49,886 bases of DNA from a virus (lineage: Duplodnaviria; Caudoviricetes). Each line of letters begins with the position of its first letter. The stretch's first letter is position 1. Where the stretch lies: IMG/VR virus record IMGVR_UViG_3300020016_000008, positions 1 to 49,886 of that record. One strand, 5' to 3'. The position numbers were made by a program, and so were the translations under genes. This document shows positions 46,271 to 49,886 of the stretch, one piece after another. The notes under the pieces are model-generated. The model worked only from the letters and a program-made list of their open reading frames with translations. It did no database searches and was not told the origin of the DNA.

Positions 46271-46528
46271 ATGACCAACCTCAAGCACATCGCAGTCAAC
46301 GAAGCCGGCCTTCCCTCCTACGTAAATCTCGAAGCAATCTGGGCCGAATATGCGCCGTACCACACCATGGCAAAGTTTGACGAAGGCTTCGCCGATTACC
46401 TCGCAGGCAGGTTTGGCGACAAGGGTTACCGGAACGTCGACGCCCAAGCCTACGACCGCGGGCTGGAAGCCGGGTCGCGAGCCCTGCGCGCCGCTCACTG
46501 GATCGAGCAAAACGTCGGGGCGAACTGA
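46271..46528 (+). CDS. moron hypothetical protein
   Basis: Opposite strand; AT-rich promoter-like leader (TTGCAC at 46215), RBS, and downstream hairpin GGCGGGGG/CCCCCGCC. Confidence 0.75.
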   Translation: MTNLKHIAVNEAGLPSYVNLEAIWAEYAPYHTMAKFDEGFADYLAGRFGDKGYRNVDAQAYDRGLEAGSRALRAAHWIEQNVGAN

Positions 46529-46563
46529 ACTCAACCCGGCGGGGGCGAACAACCCCCGCCTTC

Positions 46564-48234
46564 CTACGCAAAAAACAACTGATAACGAGGCTGCGGGTTC
46601 GGATTGAGCGCGAGCAAGGCCGAGGCATTGAACAGCGCCATCAGCGGGTCAATTTTCCCATAGCCGGAATCGTCACGCGCAACCCGCATCCCCGTCGGCG
46701 TCGGCACGATGCGCGCGTTGCCGGCGCACCACGTCATCAGCGCCTGGCCGCCGTGCTTGAAGCTGCCGTCCACCAGCTTGCGCTCGACGGTCTTGATCGC
46801 ACCCATCAGCGAAATGCCCTGGCGCACGCCGACCAGCATCTTGTCCTCTTGCGTGACACCGATCTTCGCCAGCGCGTCGACGATGCCGCCGATGCCGATC
46901 GCGTCCACGCCAACCCCGCAGAGCTTCTTGCTGTCCTTCGCCTTCTCGACGATATCGGTCACGTAGCTGATGTCATCCGGCAATTCCTCGACCACGGTCA
47001 GGTCGCCGTCCGCCTGAAACTTTTCGTAAAAACCGGTATTCGCTTTGCGCCGCTCGAGCCCCTCCGGCGAGATCAGCGCGTGCGTCCAGGCGAGATGCGT
47101 CTTGCTTTCCTTCTCGCGCCCGAGCACCGCAATGCCGAGCAAATCATCAAGCCCGCCGCCGTCGATGCCAACCACGACCGCTTCCGAGCGATCGAGCACT
47201 GCATCCAAGGTCAGCCCATCCTCGACGCCACGGCCCCAATAGTTCGCGCCGGCCCAGCCATCGGCGCGCAGCGACATGCCGATCTGCACGTTGAAATGCT
47301 GGCTCGCGATCAACGCGACCGCCGCGGGCCCGTCCGCCTCGGCGCGCATCACCTCGCGCGCCAGAAAGTCCTCGTTGGTCGATCGCCCGAGATTTGGATT
47401 GATCAACGGCCAGTAGCGCCGGTCCTTCCAGCCGCCGTCCTTCGCCAGCCGATCGGGCAGCTCGTACAGCACTGGCAGCATCGGCATAGCCATCTTGCCG
47501 TCGCGCACCGCGCGCGCCAGCGCGAGCTCGGACGCAAACACGCCGCTCGGCGCCTGCTTGCTTTGCGTCGTCGTCTGGAACAAGAACCCGTCCGTTCGCT
47601 TCGTCAGCGCGCCGCGCAGCTCGACGAAGATCTCGGCAGCGTTGTTCTTCTTCGCAAAGACGTGAGTCTCGTCGATCATCGTGCCGGTTGCTTTTGAGCC
47701 GGTGATCACATCCGTGTCCGCCGCCTTGATCTGCAACGTGGCGCCTGTCTGCCGATGCGTGATCTTGCGAAGGTGATCCTGCACCTGAAAGATTTTGCTC
47801 AGCTCGCTATCGAGCCGGATCGTGCCCTTCGCTTGCTTGTAGGCGATCGCCGCAATTTCCATCGTTGGCGCAATGAACAAGAACTCGGCCTCTGGCCGGC
47901 GGTTGACGATCATCGCCGTGACCATCACAGCGCCGCCGTTGCTCGACTTGCTGTTACCTTTCGGGATGAGCTGAAAGACTTCCGAGATATGCCGGATGTT
48001 GGTCTCCGGATCGTAACTACCGAACAGCGCCGCCACGATCGGATAAAACCACGGCCCGCAGACCTCGCCCAGCTTCGGCGTGCCGATGACATCCGGCAGC
48101 CGCAGCCGCTTGAAACACCGCAGCGCCTTCGCCGCCTCGGCCTTGAACAGCGGCAGCTCCGGCACCAGTGAGCGGCCGGACAAAATCCGATCTTCCCAGT
48201 CCCGGCAGCTCGTATCCCACGCCTGCGTCAGCAT
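46564..48234 (-). CDS. terL: terminase large subunit (cos/HK97-like)
   Basis: IPKGNSKS Walker A, IDETH Walker B, GIDGGGLDDL and KIDPLMAL. Confidence 0.95.
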   Translation of the reverse strand: MLTQAWDTSCRDWEDRILSGRSLVPELPLFKAEAAKALRCFKRLRLPDVIGTPKLGEVCGPWFYPIVAALFGSYDPETNIRHISEVFQLIPKGNSKSSNGGAVMVTAMIVNRRPEAEFLFIAPTMEIAAIAYKQAKGTIRLDSELSKIFQVQDHLRKITHRQTGATLQIKAADTDVITGSKATGTMIDETHVFAKKNNAAEIFVELRGALTKRTDGFLFQTTTQSKQAPSGVFASELALARAVRDGKMAMPMLPVLYELPDRLAKDGGWKDRRYWPLINPNLGRSTNEDFLAREVMRAEADGPAAVALIASQHFNVQIGMSLRADGWAGANYWGRGVEDGLTLDAVLDRSEAVVVGIDGGGLDDLLGIAVLGREKESKTHLAWTHALISPEGLERRKANTGFYEKFQADGDLTVVEELPDDISYVTDIVEKAKDSKKLCGVGVDAIGIGGIVDALAKIGVTQEDKMLVGVRQGISLMGAIKTVERKLVDGSFKHGGQALMTWCAGNARIVPTPTGMRVARDDSGYGKIDPLMALFNASALLALNPNPQPRYQLFFA

Positions 48235-48374
48235 CTTTGGCCAGGAAAATCAAATAATTGGCGCAAAGCAGCAACTCCCTGGCCGAAAGATATATGGCCG
48301 GATCATTCCGGTTTCGTTAGTTTCCATAACGGTCTCGTTGAGGCCGCTATCACGCAACTGGAGAACTTCCGCCC

Positions 48375-48665
48375 ATGAAAACCCTTGCCTTGGCCGCAGT
48401 CGTCGTACTGTCGGCCGTATCGTCGGCAACCGCCGAAACTCCCCGCGAGAACGCCGCACAGCACGGCGACCTGTTCATCCCTTACGGCCCGCAGCCCCCA
48501 ACGGCAGTGCAACTCCGCGCAGATCCCAAGCTCCGCCGCTATCCGGGCTTGACCCCGCTGGAGCACGACACCCCGAACCAGCACCTTGGGCCTGACAAGC
48601 CCGCGCCAAAGTCGGTGTGTTATTCCCAATGGGACGGCAACACATCCCGCACGGTTTGCTACTGA
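48375..48665 (+). CDS. secreted protein (moron, opposite strand)
   Basis: Signal peptide MKTLALAAVVVLSAVSSATA; GGAG RBS. Confidence 0.65.
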   Translation: MKTLALAAVVVLSAVSSATAETPRENAAQHGDLFIPYGPQPPTAVQLRADPKLRRYPGLTPLEHDTPNQHLGPDKPAPKSVCYSQWDGNTSRTVCY

Positions 48666-48679
48666 GACCGCCGTTTTAA

Positions 48680-49081
48680 TCAATTAGCCCGGCTATCGAT
48701 CTCGAGGTCGTTCGCCCAGTCGGTATGCGCCCCGCCAGCCGTCGCCGCAGCCTGCTGCAGCTGCTCCTTGCGGCCGAGCGACGGCTCGTCCCACAGCCTC
48801 GGCTCGACCCAGCCGGCGCGGCACTTGAGCCAGAAGATGCAGGCCGTCACTGCGCCTTGCCCGTTGCCCATCGCCTTTTTGTACAGGCTTTGCGCCACCA
48901 TCGAGTTCGCCTTGATGTGCCCGGTCTGCAATTCATCCAGGTACCATTTGCGCAACGTCGGGTGCGAGATGCCGATCACGCGGGCGATCTCCAATTCGGG
49001 CACGCCATGACCCGACATCGCTTCCACCGACCGGCGATCCTTCTCGGTCGGCTCGTGCGGCTTGCGGCCCATCTTCGTCAT
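48680..49081 (-). CDS. terS: terminase small subunit
   Basis: GRKPHEPT...R..V, HTH, and L.KKA..G.VTA.IFWLKCRAGW.E...KE. Confidence 0.88.
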   Translation of the reverse strand: MTKMGRKPHEPTEKDRRSVEAMSGHGVPELEIARVIGISHPTLRKWYLDELQTGHIKANSMVAQSLYKKAMGNGQGAVTACIFWLKCRAGWVEPRLWDEPSLGRKEQLQQAAATAGGAHTDWANDLEIDSRAN

Positions 49082-49830
49082 GCTGCCTCCTGGCGCCGCT
49101 CGGCGGCTATTTCGTCAAACGCGCGCCCGTCAAGCGTCGCCCGCTCGCCGGTGAAGTTCTGCCAGCGCAGGATCGCGACATCGACGTAGGCCGGGTCGAT
49201 CTCGATCGCGTGGCAGCCATACGGCGGATCGGTCACCATCAGGTGCGGCCGCACATCGCCGAGAACCTTGGCCACGTCATTAGCGCTGGTCGCATCACCG
49301 CACACCAACCGATGCCGGCCGAGCAACCACAGATTCCCGGCCACCGACACCGGCACCGCCGGCGGCTCGGGCACCTCATCCGGATCGGTCAGCCCCGGGT
49401 TGGCCGACAGCGCGGCCAGTTGCGCCTCGTCGAACCCGATCAGCCCGATGTCGAAGTCCAGCCCCTTCAACTCGCCGATCTCAAGCCGCAACAGCTCCGG
49501 GTTCCATCCCGCGTTCAGCGTCAGCTGATTGTCGGCGAGGATGTAGGCTCGCTTCTGCGCCTCGGTCCAACCGGCTGCTATCATCACCGGCACCTCGGTC
49601 AGACCGAGCTTCTTTGCCGCCAGCACCCGGCAGTGACCGGCAAGTATCCCGCCACCCTCGTCCACCAGAACCGGGGTCGTCCACCCCCACTCCCGGATCG
49701 ACGCCGCCACCTGATCAACCTGCTCATCGCTGTGCGTTCGCGCATTGCGTGCATAGGGAACAAGCCGATCGAGCGGCCAGCGCTCGACCTTGTCGGCCGG
49801 CCAGGCAGGCGCTGCAGGCTTCCTTTTCAA
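49078..49830 (-). CDS. ParB-N domain protein fused to an internally deleted DNA methyltransferase
   Basis: L.PY.RNARTHS..Q...A.SI...GW..P, ILAGH.R and ADN; DPPYG is joined directly to CHAIEIDP with no FxGxG motif. Confidence 0.85.
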   Translation of the reverse strand: MKRKPAAPAWPADKVERWPLDRLVPYARNARTHSDEQVDQVAASIREWGWTTPVLVDEGGGILAGHCRVLAAKKLGLTEVPVMIAAGWTEAQKRAYILADNQLTLNAGWNPELLRLEIGELKGLDFDIGLIGFDEAQLAALSANPGLTDPDEVPEPPAVPVSVAGNLWLLGRHRLVCGDATSANDVAKVLGDVRPHLMVTDPPYGCHAIEIDPAYVDVAILRWQNFTGERATLDGRAFDEIAAERRQEAA

Positions 49831-49886
49831 GCTAAGTCCTTTTTTTTGCAGTAAAAAATCTGCGGGTGCCAGCGGCGGGGGGTATA

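Overview
The window looks like a complete (or nearly complete) ~49.9-kb GC-rich temperate siphovirus genome of an alphaproteobacterial (Hyphomicrobiales-like) host, probably opened at cos. The minus strand carries an HK97-type late operon (ParB/MTase remnant, terminases, protease-capsid fusion, portal, a glycosyl/methyltransferase cluster, tail genes, lysis genes, and a GT2+HlyD pair) and the cro-led replication operon (GapR-like protein, RuvC-like resolvase, Tad1/Acb2-like protein, two DNA MTases, AAA helicase with iterons, HNH). The plus strand carries exonuclease/recombinase, xis/int and an intact attP (3' half of tRNA-Pro). The key finding is an RNA-guided TIGR-Tas-like system: a nuclease-less Nop/IS110-domain protein (10225-11100) and 17 stem-loop units of the form stem-CCA-9 nt-TGATGCCCA-9 nt-TG-stem. 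Ten units form a main array and seven lie in four satellite loci on both strands. One satellite guide spells the same peptide as the neighbouring tail gene but differs at five consecutive synonymous positions, which suggests targeting of related phages with self-escape by recoding. All family assignments come from motif recognition by eye; no database searches were run.
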